A stretch of 64,000 nt of DNA. Origin: the human T2T-CHM13v2.0 reference genome, Homo sapiens. Where the stretch lies: NCBI RefSeq assembly GCF_009914755.1, contig NC_060930.1; one strand, given 5' to 3'. A program made the position numbers and the translations under genes. The notes under the pieces are model-generated. The model saw only the letters and a list, made by a program, of their open reading frames with translations. It did no database searches and was not told the DNA's origin. Numbering within the stretch: the stretch's first letter is position 1; every line of letters begins with the position of its first letter. Shown in pieces: positions 1 to 13,659 of this stretch.

Positions 1-176
1 CAAATGTGTTTAAAGCTATAGGTAACCATAAGGTAACCAGAAATCTGAGGAAAGGTGTTGACTGATTACACTTGCTAGCAACTGATTGCCTCTATATGGC
101 TGAAGTAAAAGGATGGAACTAGGAGGTATCAATACAGGGTGGTTGGGATAAGTATAACAATAAAGGTAAATATGGC

Positions 177-478
177 TTTTTTTTTTTTTTTTTTTGAGAC
201 AGGGTCTCCCCCTGTAGCCCAGACTGGAGTCCAGTGATGCAATCATAGCTCACTGCAGCCTTGAATTCCTGGACCCAAGTAATCCTCTCTCCTCAGCCTC
301 TCACGTAGCTGAGACTATAGGCATGCACCACCAACCCCAACTAATTTTTTTAGGTTTTGTAAAGACAGAGTCTTGCTATGTTGCTCAGAGTGGTCTCAAA
401 CTCGTGGTCTCCAGTGATTCTCCAGCTCCAGCCTCCCAAAGTGCTGGAATTACAGGTGTAAGCCACTATGCCTGGACC
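177..478 (-). mobile_element. Alu SINE (old, AluJ-like)
   Basis: Poly-T, then the reverse-complement Alu dimer (gagacagggtctc...cccaaagtgctggaattacagg...cctggacc). Confidence 0.93.
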
Positions 479-528
479 ATAAGACAATTTTGTAGACATT
501 TTAGGCAAAATAATTACATTAGCCTCCA

Positions 529-592
529 ATACACACACACACATACACACATATACACACACACATACACACACACACGCGTGCACACACAC
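529..592. repeat. Interrupted (CA)n microsatellite
   Basis: Run of acacac with TA interruptions, seen directly. Confidence 0.95.
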
Positions 593-738
593 CCCAGACA
601 TAAGTCGTGTGTATGTGTATGTTCTAGAGCTTGCTTCTGTCGGTTTGTGAGAGTCGACTATGAGAGTCTCTTCTAGACTATGTTCAGTAACATCAAGTTG
701 GCAGTTTGAAATTGGCAAAGATGAGAGTACACTTCTAA

Positions 739-1082
<344 letters not shown>

Positions 1083-1477
1083 CAGATGGTTTTGTTTTTT
1101 TGAGGTTTTATCTTGTTTTGGGTAGAGTAAGGGTATCAGAGTAAGCTGCTCTCCCAGTACAATGGGTGGTGTGAGTGTATGTATCTATATGTATATGTAC
1201 ATATATGTACATGCCTGTACCCATATATAGACATACATATTAAAGGTATGTTTTATTTTAAAATTGTATTTTGGTAAAATAAATGATAAAAGTAGATTAA
1301 ATTTAAAAAATAATTTCCTGGTTCCAAAAGTGAAACTATCCTTAGGAGCCCTTCTGTGAAGAAACAGATGTAAAATATGAGCACAATGTTAATGCCACCA
1401 CCTGCCAATCCATAGATTAAGTAGGGAGGAAAAATGGAAGCTAGCTTATGTAATAGTCATATTACAGTTCTTACCAC

Positions 1478-1680
1478 TTGTTACAGATGAATTGTGTCCT
1501 CCTACAATTCAAATGTTGTAGTTCTAACTTGTAGTATCTCAGAATGTAACTGTGTTTGGATGTGTAGTCTTTAAAGAGGCAATAAAGTTAAAATGAGGTC
1601 ATCGTATTAGGCCCTAATTCAAAAGGACTGGTGTAGAAGAGGAGATTAGAACACAGACACATACAGAGGAACTCATACTG
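1478..1680 (+). mobile_element. MaLR LTR fragment (MLT1A/B-like)
   Basis: Starts TGTTAC...gaattgtgtcc...cagaatgtaactgtgtttgga...ttaaaatgaggtcat, typical of the MLT1 5' half; ends abruptly against L1 sequence. Confidence 0.75.
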
Positions 1681-2660
1681 CCCGCTTCTTTAGGTAGTAT
1701 GACTACTTTAACAACATTAATTCTTCCAGTCCACGAACGCAGGTTAGTTATCTTTCTATTTATTTGTGTCTTCTTCAATTTATTTAATCGATGTTTATAA
1801 TTTTCCAAGTAGAGATCTTTTACCCATTGGTTAAGTTTATTCTTAGATATATTATTTTTCATTGCTATTGTAAATGGAATTGCTTTCTTGATTTCTTTTT
1901 GACAGTTGGCTATTAGCATATATAAACACTACTCATTTTTGTATTTTGATTTCGTATCCTGCAATGTTAATAAATTTGTTTATTAATTCTAACAGGTTTT
2001 TGGTAGAGTATTTAGGAGTACTGTAGTCATCAATACTGACAGTATTTGGTGGAGTATTTCTGTATGTAAGATATGTCATATGCAAAGAGGATATACTTCC
2101 TCTTTTCCAACTTGGATGTTTTTCATTTCTTTCTTTTGCCCAATTATTCTGGCTAATACTTCCAGTACTATTAATATGTTGTACAGAAGTGGTGAAAATG
2201 GGAATCTTTGTCTTGTTCCTGGTCTTAGAGAAAAAGTTTTCAGCTTTTCCCTCATTCAGTATGATGTTAGCTGTGAGTTTGTTATATATGGCCTTTATTG
2301 TGTTACGATACACACCTTCTGTGCCTAATTTGTTGAGAGTTTTATTCATAAAGTATGTTGATTTTTGTCAACTGCTTTTTTTGCATCTGTTGAAATGACC
2401 ATATAGGTTTTGTCTTTCTTTTTGTTAATGTGATGTATCATGGTTATCGATTTGCATATGTTGAATCATCCTTGCAACCTTAGATGAATCCCACTTACTC
2501 ATAGGGAATTATCTTTTTGATGTGCAGTTGAATTTGTTTTACTACTATCTTGTTGAGAATTTTTGCCTCTATGTTCATCCAGGATATTGGCCTTCAGTTT
2601 TCATTTTTGTTTTGTTTTTGTCCGATTTTGAAACCAGGGTAATGCTGGCCTCATAAAATT

Positions 2661-2890
2661 GATTTATTTATTTGTTTAGATATGAGCTCACTCTGTTGCC
2701 CTGGCTGGAGTGCAGTGGTGTGATCATGGCTCATTGCACCTTTAAACTTCTGGGCTCAAACAATCCTCCTACCCTAGCCTCTCAAGTAGCTAGGACTATA
2801 GGCATCCACCACCATAGCTGGCTAAGCTTTATTTTTATTTATTTTTTTATGTTTGTAGAAACAGGTCTTGCTTTGTTGCTCAGGCTGGTA
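2661..2890 (-). mobile_element. Truncated Alu (AluJ-like) inside L1
   Basis: Antisense Alu right arm and part of the left arm. Confidence 0.85.
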
Positions 2891-3271
2891 GTTCTTCTTT
2901 AAATGGTTGGTAGAATTCAGCAGAGAAGACACAAGTCTAGATTTTTTTTTCTTTTGGATAGAAGACTTTTTACTACTGATTCAATTTCCTCACTTAACTA
3001 TTGGTTTGTTCGTATTTTCTATTTCTTCATAATTTAATCTTGGTAGGCCGTATTGTCCAGGAATTTATTCACATATTCTATGTTCTCAAATTTGTTGGTA
3101 TATAGTAGTTCATAATAGTCTCTTATGATCCTTTCTATTTCTGTGATATCAGTTGTAATATCCCCTTTTCATTTCTGATTTTATTTGTATCTTTTCTTTT
3201 TTTGTGTTGGCTAGTGTAGTTAAAAAGTTTGTTGATGTTGTTTATCTTTTAAAACACCAACCGTTCATTTC

Positions 3272-3636
3272 TGTTTTAGTTCATTCTCACACTGCTATAA
3301 AGATATTACCTGAGACCAGGTAATTTATTTAAAAAGGAGGTTTAATTGACTCATAGTCCTGCATGGCTGGGGAGGCCTCAGGAAACTTACAATCATGGAA
3401 GAAGGGGAAGCAGGGACCTTCTTCACAAGGCAGCAGGAGAGAGAGAGTGAGCAAAGGAAGAACTTGCCAAACACTTATACAACCATCAGATCTCATGAGA
3501 ACTCACTCACTATTATGAGAACAGCATGGGGGAAACTGCCCCCATGATCCAATCACCTCCCACCAGGTTCCTCCCTCGACACGAGATAATAATTAAAGAT
3601 GAGGTTTGGGACGGGACACAAAGCTTAACCATATCA
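3272..3636 (-). mobile_element. MaLR solo LTR (THE1/MSTA-like) inside L1
   Basis: TG...CA termini; 5-bp TSD ATTTC (3267-3271 / 3637-3641); motif ggggaggcctcaggaaacttacaatcatgg. Confidence 0.92.
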
Positions 3637-5255
3637 ATTTCATTGATCTTTTGAATTTTCTTAGTCTCTATTTCATTCATTTCTGCCTTGAGCTTTATTA
3701 TTTCCTCCCTTCTTTCAACTTAATTTGAAAGAAATATAATTTGTTCTTACTTTTCTAGTTTTTTGAGGTTCATGATTTGGTTGTTAATTAGGAATATTTC
3801 TTCTTTTTGATGTGGCCATTTGTTGCTGTGCATTTCTGTCTTAGAACTGTTTTTGCTGTGTTCCATTGATTTTGGTATGATGTGCTCATCATTCTCATCT
3901 GTTTCGAAGAATTTGTAGATTTCCCCTTATTTCTTCATTGACCCGTTGGTTATTTAGGAGCATATTGTTTAATTTTCATGTATTTGTAATGTTTCTGAAG
4001 TTTCTTTTGTTGATTTCTAGTTTTACACCGTTGTGGTTCAAAAAGATGCTTGATATGATCTCTATCTTCTTAAATTTGTTAAGACTTGTTTTGTGGCCTA
4101 ATATATGATCTATCCTGAAGAATGTTCCATGTACAGTTGAGAAGAACATGTATTCTGCAGCTGTTAGATAAAATGTTCTGTAAATATCTGTTAGGTTAAT
4201 TTAGTCTAAGGTAGTTCAAATCTGATATTTCTTTATTGATTATTGATTTTCCATCTAGATAATCTGTTCATTGTTCAGAGTGAGGTGTTGAAGTCCCCTA
4301 TTACTGTATTACACTGTATCTCTCCCTTCAGATCTAATAATATTTGCTTTACATATTTGTGTGTTCTGGTGTTGGGTGCATATATAGATATAATTGTTAT
4401 ATCCTCTTGTTAAACTGATTCCTTTATCATTATATAATGACCTTGTCGCTTTTTATAGTTTTTGTCTTAAAGTCTATTTTATCTGATGTAAATATAGCTA
4501 CTTCTGCTTGCTTTTGCTTTCTGTTTGCATGAAATATCTTTCCCTATTCTTTCATTTTCAACCAATGTTTGTCTTTCAAGATGAGATTAGTCTCTTTTAG
4601 GCAGCATATAGTTGGGTCTTGTTTCTTTATCCATTCAATCACTCAATATCTTTTAAATGGATAATTTAATTCCTTTACATTCAAAGTTATTATTGATAGA
4701 TAAGGACTTTCACAATTTCCTTAATTGTTTCTGGTTGTTTTGTAGATCTATTCTCTTTTTGTTTACTGCTTGGTTTGTTTTTTTGTAGTGTTAAACTTTG
4801 TTTCCTTTCTCTCTCTCATTTGTGTATGTGCTGTAATTTCTTTCTTTGTAGTTACCATAGAGTAACACAAAGAGTCTTGTAGATATAATAGACTATTTTA
4901 AGCTTATTAGAAACTTAACTGTGGTCATATAATAATACTCTACACTTCCTCCCCTCTCCTTCTCCCTCTCCCTCTCCCAAATAATTTACATTTGTTGCTT
5001 TAATGTATTTCTTCATCTGTTATGTGTCCCTTAGCTACTAATAGTAGCTGTTGTTTTTTTTGACCATTTGGCTTCAAACTTTCATACTAGAGGGTTAAAA
5101 GATTTACATAGCACCATTACATAACTGGGGTAATCTGAGTTTGATTTATGAGTTTATCCTAGTCCTGAGTTTTATACTTTTAGGTTTTATGACAGTGATT
5201 ATTGTTGTTTCACTTTAGTTGTAACACTCTGTTAAGAATTTTTTGTAAGTCTGGT

Positions 5256-5668
5256 TGACATATTTTGGATATTTTTCCCCTCCACATATCCTGTTGAAAT
5301 TTGATCCCCAATGTTGGATGTGGGGCCTTGTGGGAGGTGTTTAGGTCATGGGGCTGGATCTTTTATGAATGGCTTGATGCCATTTCCCCAATAATGAGCG
5401 AGTTGTCACTCTTAGTTTTCAGGAGATCTAATTGTCAAAAACCATCTGGCACCTTCTCTTCTCTCTTGGTCCCACCCTCATCATGTAACACACTAACTTC
5501 CCTTCACCTTCTGCCCTGAGTGGAAGCTCCCTGAATCCCTTACCAGAAGCAGATTCTGGCACCACACTTCTTGTATAGTCTGCAGAGCTCTGAGACAAAT
5601 AAACCCTTTTCTCTACAAATTACCCAGCCCCAGGTATTTCTTTATGGCAATGCAAATGGACTAAGACA
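5256..5668 (+). mobile_element. MaLR solo LTR (MSTB-like) inside L1
   Basis: TG...CA termini; perfect 5-bp TSD CTGGT (5251-5255 / 5669-5673); AATAAA near the 3' end. Confidence 0.9.
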
Positions 5669-6322
5669 CTGGTCTAGTGGTGATGAGTTCCCTCTTCTTT
5701 TCTGGACGTAGTGTTACTGGCTGACTTTCTTTTTTTCTTTCAGCACTTTGAAAATATGACTCATTCTCTCTTGACCTACAAGGTTTCTGCTAAGAAATCT
5801 GCTGATAGTCTCATGGGGATTCCCTTATATGTGACTTGACATTTTTCTCCTGCAGCTTTTAGAATTTGCTCTTTGTCTTTGTTTCACTATAATGTGCCTT
5901 GGAGAGGATCTTTTTGGGTTGAATCTATTTGGAAACTCTTGAGCTTCCTGAATCTGGATGTCCATATCTTTTCCAATACTTGGGAGAAGTTTTCAGTTAT
6001 TATTTCTTTAAACAGGATTTTGTGCCTTTCTCCATCTCTTCTTCCTTGGCGTATCTATAATGCAAATATTTGTGCAGTTAATGATGTGTCGTAAGTCTCA
6101 TAGACTTTATTCACTCTTCTTTACTTTTTTTTTGTCCACTGACTGGCTTATTTCAAAAGGTCTGTCTTCAAGTTCAAAAAGTATGTCTCCTTCTTGATCT
6201 AACCTGTTGTTGAAGCTCTCGATTATATTTTTTATTCATTTATTGAATTATTTAGCTCCAAGACTTGTTTGATTCTTTTTCATATTTATCTCTTTGTTGG
6301 ATTTCTCTTTCAGATCATAAAA

Positions 6323-6611
6323 ATTTTTTTGAGACTGTGCCTCACTCTGTCACCCAGGCTGGAGTGCATTGGTGTGATCTTGGCTTACTGCAACCTCTGC
6401 CTCCCAGGTTCAAGCAGTTCTTCTGCCTCAGCTCCCAAGTAGCTGGGATTACAGGCATGTGCCACCACATCTGGCTAATTTTTGTATTTTTAGTAGAGGT
6501 GGGGTTTCACCATGTTGGCCAAGCCTGACTCAAACTCCTGACCTCAAGTTATCCACCTGCCTCAGCTTCCCAAAGTATGGGGATTACAGACATGAGCCAC
6601 TGCACCTGGCC
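6323..6611 (-). mobile_element. Alu SINE (AluS-like) inside L1
   Basis: Full antisense Alu dimer. Confidence 0.93.
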
Positions 6612-8339
6612 ATAAATTGTTTTCTTAATTCCATTGAATTGTGTGCCTGTGTTCTCTTCTATCTTACTGAGTTTCCTTAAGATTATTTTGAATCCCTTCT
6701 CAGATATTTCATAAATGTCTTTTTCTTTGGGATCTGTTACTTGAGGCCTATTTGAGTTTTGGGAGTGTCATATTTTCTTCCTTTTTCATGTTTCTTGTGT
6801 TTCTATATTGATATCTGCAAATCTACTATAAAAGTCACTTTTTCCAGTTTTTTGAAGTAGCTTTTGAGTGAGAAACTTTTTCCTTTAAGTGGGTTTTAGG
6901 ATGCTGGTTGGCTGTAGAGTTGGATTTGGTTCTGCGTGAACTCGGGAGTGTGGTCTCTGTGTAGTTTCTTCCATTGTAATCCTTGTCAGATATGTCTGTG
7001 ATTGCCTCAATGGCCTAGGCTGCTGGTGTTTGTGATGGTGTGGTTTTGCTGAAGATGGGGGCACCAGGCTGGATGTTGAGCCAGAAAAATATATTTGTGG
7101 AGGATTGACAGGTAGTTCAGTGGGCTCTTTGAGGAAGCAGTGGCAGCTGCTTGGCTGGCCGTCAGAGGCCAGGCATGGGCACTCATGGGTTCAATGGGGC
7201 CAGGCGGTTATGCAGTGGTCTGTTCAGGGGGCAGGGTTACTCCCAGACCTGCGGTAAGAGGCCAGGTAGGGGTGCTAGTGGGTGCATTGGGTGCATTCAA
7301 GACCAGGTAGCTCTGTGGTAGCTTGTCCAGAGGGATGAGGTTACTGCAGAACCAGTTGTCAGGCTGTGCATGGGTATTCATGGGCACAGTGGAGCTGGGC
7401 AGGATGCAGCAGTATATCCTGCAGGTCAGGCTGCCACAGGACCAGCTGTCAGGCCAGGTGGGAGCCCACAAAGCTTGCTGGATCTGCTAGCTGTGCAGTG
7501 TGGGTGTGTGCAGGCCTAGTGGCTGATAGGCTGTTCAGCAGCTTCTCCTGTATGCAGTTCCACCTGTTCTCTGGAGGGGGTGATATGCTGTATGGGTTCA
7601 TATGCTGGGTTCTTGGCCATTCCATCTGGTTTGTACTCTAGACAGCTGGAACCATGGTGTTGCAGGCCCTTGTGTGAACACAGTGGCACAACAGCAGGGC
7701 CTCAGCAATGGAATCAGTTGCTAGTGACCATAGAGCAGGACACACTCTAATAGTAGTCCCAGTTTCAAGATGGCACCAAACTATAACAGTGTAGGTTGTG
7801 GTGGAGGGGCATGCTCAAGAAGGGTCTTACTATGAAATAGTGCAGCTGCGCAGACTCCCAGCTACACTGCAGACTTGATTCAGAGCCTGTGAGAACTGAG
7901 GTGCTCTCCTGTAGCAAGGACTGTGAGCATATGTGGAAGCAATGGAGGCCACTAGGGTTCTCCAGCTCACCTTTTCCTTGTAGAAAGAAGTTCCCTCTGA
8001 CTCCCAGTTGATCTCTGTGTGGGAGACAGTGTGGCAGACAGTGTGGCAGAGGGAGGATGCCTTGCTTTCCTCTCTATGGTACTCTTCTGGGTTTTTGTAC
8101 TCCACAGAGTTGTTGCTGTTCCCCTGGTGCTCTCAGCTTTCTTCCTCAGTCACTCTAGTTGAAATATAGTTGTTTATTCATTGTTTTTTTCCTTTCTGTG
8201 GGGAGGATGAAATCCAGGTAACTCTAATTGGCCATCTTGCTGATGTCACCCTCAGATGTTATGTATTTAATGCACATGAAGATGCAGAAAGAGATAAAGG
8301 GAGAGAATTTATTCTGAGATCCTTGAAAGGTCATTTGCC

Positions 8340-8750
8340 TTAGTAAAATATGAGGATTTAGCTTCAGACATAATTATCTCCATGAATAACTGCCTTACCA
8401 TGTACTTTTGAGCAAATTAATTCATCTCTCTAAGCTTCAGTGTCTTCATCTACAAACAAGGAATGCAATATACCATAACTCACAGGGTTACTGCAGATTA
8501 TAACTGAGGTCATTTACGTCGATGTCTTAGCACAGTGCATTGAACAATGTTAAATGCAAAAAACAAATCGAAACAAAAACAAAACAATGAAACATTGTTA
8601 TTATCTGAAATAATCTCATTTATAGAATGGAGATAATAATAGTTACTTTTAATAAATATTGTGAGAAGAAAATGAGTTTATATATGTAAATTGCCTAACA
8701 AAGTGCTTAAAACAAAATAGCTAATCAAGAAATGATAGCTATTATCATCA
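8340..8750 (+). mobile_element. MIR fragments
   Basis: MIR core-like text (ctctctaagcttcagtgtcttcatctacaaa; ctcatttatagaatggagataataatag...gtgagaag). Confidence 0.65.
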
Positions 8751-9555
8751 TTGAATTTACCATTGAAATAAAGTCATCTTTAACATGCTTATGTCTTAAA
8801 GTGTTTATGATTTGGCGCCCTCTGATGTTCATCATGGGCCCTGCAATTTTGAATCAGTTGATAAGTGTTAATAATGTAATCAGTTAGTGATGATCATTTA
8901 CATGCTATTTTGCCATATCCAAATAAGCTGTTTTTATTTTAAATTTCTATTTAAGTTGGCTTACTTCTTAAGATAAACTCAATGTATTACACAAGCTAAT
9001 TTTAATCATTATGATAGAAAACCAGTATGTTTTTAATACATGCTAAAATAAATACATAACTATTAACATAAAAAATTCTTCATTTGAGTACCAACTAGAA
9101 TCATACCTCATACAACACTTTGGAAAAGCTAATTTTATATAAATAGGTTTTATGGTATAAGGGGTCAGGGAAGCTGTCACAAAAAAGTTATTTTTCAAAA
9201 TGGAAGCAAGAATGATGAGAAGTTAGTTTGATAGGCAAGGAGACAAAGAACTTTCCCAAGAGAGACTAAAGTATATGTGAATGCAAAGAGTTGTGGAAAC
9301 ACTTGCCTCTTGGGGAAACTGCAATTTGTTATAAATGGCTGGACCCCAGAGTGCAATGAATGATTGGCACATCATTCGTTGGCACATCATGGCAATGCAG
9401 GGAGAGAAGTGGGCAGTGGCCCCACTGGGCAAGGCCTCTTGTGTCATGCAGAAGACTGTGGATTTGCTTACTGTAGATTCATCATTTCCACAAAAATAGA
9501 GGCTCATGAAATTTTAAGAAATATTCCCACCACCATTGAAATATGTGTATTTGTG

Positions 9556-9559
9556 GTGT

Positions 9560-9598
<39 letters not shown>
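9556..9598. repeat. (TG)n microsatellite
   Basis: Seen directly. Confidence 0.95.
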
Positions 9599-9599
<1 letters not shown>

Positions 9600-11171
9600 T
9601 CAACTTTGGGAAATGCTGAGTTAATCCAAATTAAGCAGAATTTTGTTTTTATTATAGAAATTGTTATAATATAATAAAATTATAAGAGGGAGTGATAATA
9701 TGAATATTTCACAATGTGTTTGATCTTGAAATCTGTTTACTTTTTAAAATGTTATCTGATTTGTTTTATTTATTTTAGAAGCAATATAGATAACATCAGG
9801 TAGATAAAATTTTGAGAAATGCCCTTGGGTTATGGAGAGTTTTTTTTAATTTATGAAGATAGTAATAACATGATTAGATTTGTGATAGTAATAACATTAT
9901 TAGATCATGGATAACAATATGGTTGTGATTTTCAGGGGGAAAAAACTAGAGGCTGCCAAATAAACTAGATGATGGCTGGATCACCCCTAATCCACATGTA
10001 GAAAATGTAATACACTCACTGTGTATATCATGAATTTTAAACTATGAGAACATAAAAACAGATTTAGGGTATAGTACATTCAAGGGCAGTAGTTTATGCT
10101 CTTCAAAAAACAGACTCATTAAATAAAGCAATGGTCCTTGTTGGAAGAAATGATACTACCCAAGAGACAAAAAGAACTGACAGACTTCATAGAAAGATAC
10201 ATAAATATTACATGCCAAGGAGAAATTAGTACAACATTAAGCAAATTTGAGTAATAGCAAATAGAGAATTGTGATGATAGAATCAAACATAATAAATGCT
10301 CCACAACAATGCATAAATTACAGAATATAATAACTATAATTATTATAAATAAATAATGTATGTCAATATTCTGCTGCTTTTATTGAAAACAATAGATCTA
10401 GGTGGAGCACTCTAGCTTATGAATTGTTGAAATCAACTGTGACTATTATCATTGTGAGTTATTGAAACCAGATGAGGGAGTGAATGTGTGTGTGTGTGTG
10501 TGTGTATGTGTGTTAGTGCAGGTAAGCTAGAAATAGGGAGAGGAGGATGGAGAAGAGATAATAAGGTAGAAAGCACAATTCCTTTAATATTTGAGTCAAA
10601 AGGGAAGAATACTTTTTTCTACAGGCCATTGAATTATGCAAGCAGTTTGATGGATCTTGTTTGCTCTCAGATTGATTTTCTTCACCAGCATTTAGAGTGG
10701 CTGCTATATTCATGTGACAGTTATGAGGAATAATTATGTATTTTCCTTACTGAACTGGTTTAAAATGTCACATCGCATGAAAGTTCCTACAGCTTGTCAA
10801 ATTGTGTTAATTTTCTTCATTTTTCTAGTGAATGCTTTAAACTGTTCACCCAGCTCATGAATAGAGCAGCCCTTTTCTTCCTCCTCTGAAAAAACAGATG
10901 ATTGTTTAACAGATATCATTAGATATGCAGAAAATAAAGCATTCTGGTATAGATGGAGGTCAATATATTTAAGAGGAAGTTGCATATTTTTTCTTTTTGC
11001 AAGTTTGTCCACCAATATGGTGCAACATTGACTTCAAGTAAATTTAATCCACCAACCTTGGTTGTTAATTTGTATTTTCACTGAATATTCGCTAATGTTT
11101 TTTATAGGATGCACTGTGATAGTAATTATTTAAGTGTTTCCAGGAATGGAGAGAAAGAAAACTAGAAATTG

Positions 11172-11340
11172 GAGGCAATGTGGCATAATGGTTAAGAACG
11201 AAGGCTGAGGAGTTAATCTGGATTTATGTCCCATCTCCACTGTTATTAGCTGTTTGATCCAAGCCAGTCAAATAATCTAAGACTCAGTTTCTTCATCTGT
11301 AAGATGGGGATAATAATACCAACCTCCAAAGAGACGTTAC
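11172..11340 (+). mobile_element. MIR
   Basis: MIR core ctcagtttcttcatctgtaagatggggataataatacc. Confidence 0.8.
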
Positions 11341-12084
11341 AAACACACACTCACACACACACACACACACACAAATGTGTATGCGTGTGTGTATATGATG
11401 ATTATTTTAGCACAGTCAAAATAAAATTGCTAATATTTACTTAAACTAGTATAATTACTTTGGTTTTTCCTTTCAAAATGAAAATTGGAACATAACTTCT
11501 AATACTATTGGTAATAGAACCATCAGGCTTTCCAGATTCTCCGTGGGTTCCACTTACCCACATACCTATCCAACCTTATCTATAATTAATTCTCAGAATT
11601 AACCCCTCATTTCAGTGGGGCTGGCCTTATTAACCAGCCTTCCTCCACCTCTGCCATTCTTGTTTCTGTCTCATACTTTTTTCCAACTCCTTAGAAAGCC
11701 TTTCCTTCTCCCCATCAACCATCTCACTGCACAGATTTGATGGCATGACGTCTTGCTCGAAGTCTACTTACTTGTTCTTGAATACTGCTTGATATTGTTA
11801 TTAAACATACTGATTCTTAAATTTTTGAAATCCCAATCATCATCCTTAACATTTGTAAATTTTTTACAATTATAACCATCATATTATAAATGATGAAAGA
11901 TATCTCAAAAGTTTTTTTTTAACATTCCTCGAACACTCTTTGGAACCATCTTTCTTGCTTTCAATAAATTCTATTCTCTAGACACTCCAAATGAACCTTC
12001 ACTTTGAAATGACACACTATTTTTATTTTTCTCAATCCAACTTACCAAATTCAAGTCCTTAATTCTTTTTTTGAGGTATTAGCA

Positions 12085-12240
12085 TATGGGGGTGTGAAAA
12101 GGAGGGTAGAAAATGAGAAATTACTTAATGAGTAAATATATGTTATTCAGGTGATGGATGCTATACAAACCTTTGAGTTGACCACTACACAATCTATGCA
12201 TGTACAAAATTGCATTTGTATCCCATAAATTTATACAAAA
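12085..12240 (+). mobile_element. L1 3' UTR fragment (L1MA/MB-like)
   Basis: gagaaattacttaatg...gaccactacacaatctatgcatgtacaaaattgcatttgtatcccataaat resembles an L1M 3' end. Confidence 0.7.
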
Positions 12241-13275
12241 CATGCATTAACGTATGACAATGAATTAATATATCACCAATTTGTAAGAACATATTTGGTT
12301 TTTAACAACTGTCTTCAAGGTACCCAGAATAGTGACTCACAGGAAGATTTCAAGCATCATCTTAAGTCAGGAGTTATTCTTGGCAAAGAGCTGTATTGAC
12401 ACCTCATTAACACGCCAAGGCGATGTGTGTCTGCTTTGTTCCTCTTTCAGTGCATCCTAGTTCCATAGGGTAAGATTTGAAGATAACAACTATTACTTCT
12501 TCAATGTCTAGAGAATAAGAAAGGAAAAACTAGGAATGAGAAAATATTATATTAGTATAGTAAATTTGAATTTTATAAATGAACATTTTAAATTCTTTAA
12601 TTCTGACAATATGATAGACTAGACAGCCTGATACCATTCCACTAAATACAAATGTATATATACTTAAATTGTTGAAAATGTTAAATATACTTTTCATAAA
12701 AAGAGATAACTAAAAAATAGTAAAGTAAATATGAGGACCGAGAGAACTGTCAGCGGGTATCTGGAGAAAGAAGGATCCTTGGAGGCATACAGAGTTTCCT
12801 ATTTCCATGAAGAGAGAAATAAGGGGGGCGGCGAAGTCTTGGAATTACAAAGGGTGAAAAGCCAAATGGGAGAATATCCTTAATAAAGTTTCAACTCAAA
12901 AAGAACTATAACCTCAGATAAAGGAATTGTTAAATCAAGTTTAGCATAAAGCTTCCTTCCTACATATTTTAAGTCAGGCCTAAAGGTGTTTCTATACATC
13001 TTGAACTATAACAAGTGAAGGTATAAACAGACCATAGCCTACACCTGTGCCAATCACCGAGTTCTGGCCAGTCAAATGTAGCCAACTGTTCGAACCTGTT
13101 CAAATAAAGCAAACACTGAGCTATAACCAATCCAGCTGTTTCTTTACCTCTCTTCAATTTTCTACATGTCACTTTCCTTTTTCTGTCCATAAATCTACCA
13201 TGTGGCTGCTCTGGAGTCTCAGAGACTACTCTGGCTGTGAAGGCTGCCCAATTCATGAATCATTCATTAAATTAG

Positions 13276-13622
<347 letters not shown>

Positions 13623-13641
13623 CAGCTTTTCTTTTATTAGA

Positions 13642-13659
13642 TAGCAATGAGGATGGGAT
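13642..13659 (+). other. Retroviral primer-binding site, tRNA-Ser type (degenerate)
   Basis: TAGCAATGAGGATGGGAT versus TGGCGACGAGGATGGGAT (complement of the recalled tRNA-Ser(GCU) 3' end): 15/18, two mismatches being CpG decay; 2 nt after the LTR end. Confidence 0.7.

Larger units (their letters stand above)
1681..8252 (-). mobile_element. Old LINE-1 (L1M/L1MA-type), 5' UTR to mid ORF2, 3' part missing
   Basis: T-rich antisense L1 body. Minus-strand ORFs 1614-1919 and 1933-2349 give ORF2 RT-region peptides ([34 protein letters not shown]). GC-richer UTR at ~6900-8250 ends in ggccatcttgctgatgtcacc, the reverse complement of an L1M 5' start. Confidence 0.88.

Noticed and set aside
12921-12930. 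GGAAT before the first LTR as a second polypurine tract (tandem provirus)
   Set aside because: GAAT recurs right after the 3' LTR as the TSD, and the upstream flank is not ERV internal sequence, so the match to the PPT end is best read as coincidence.
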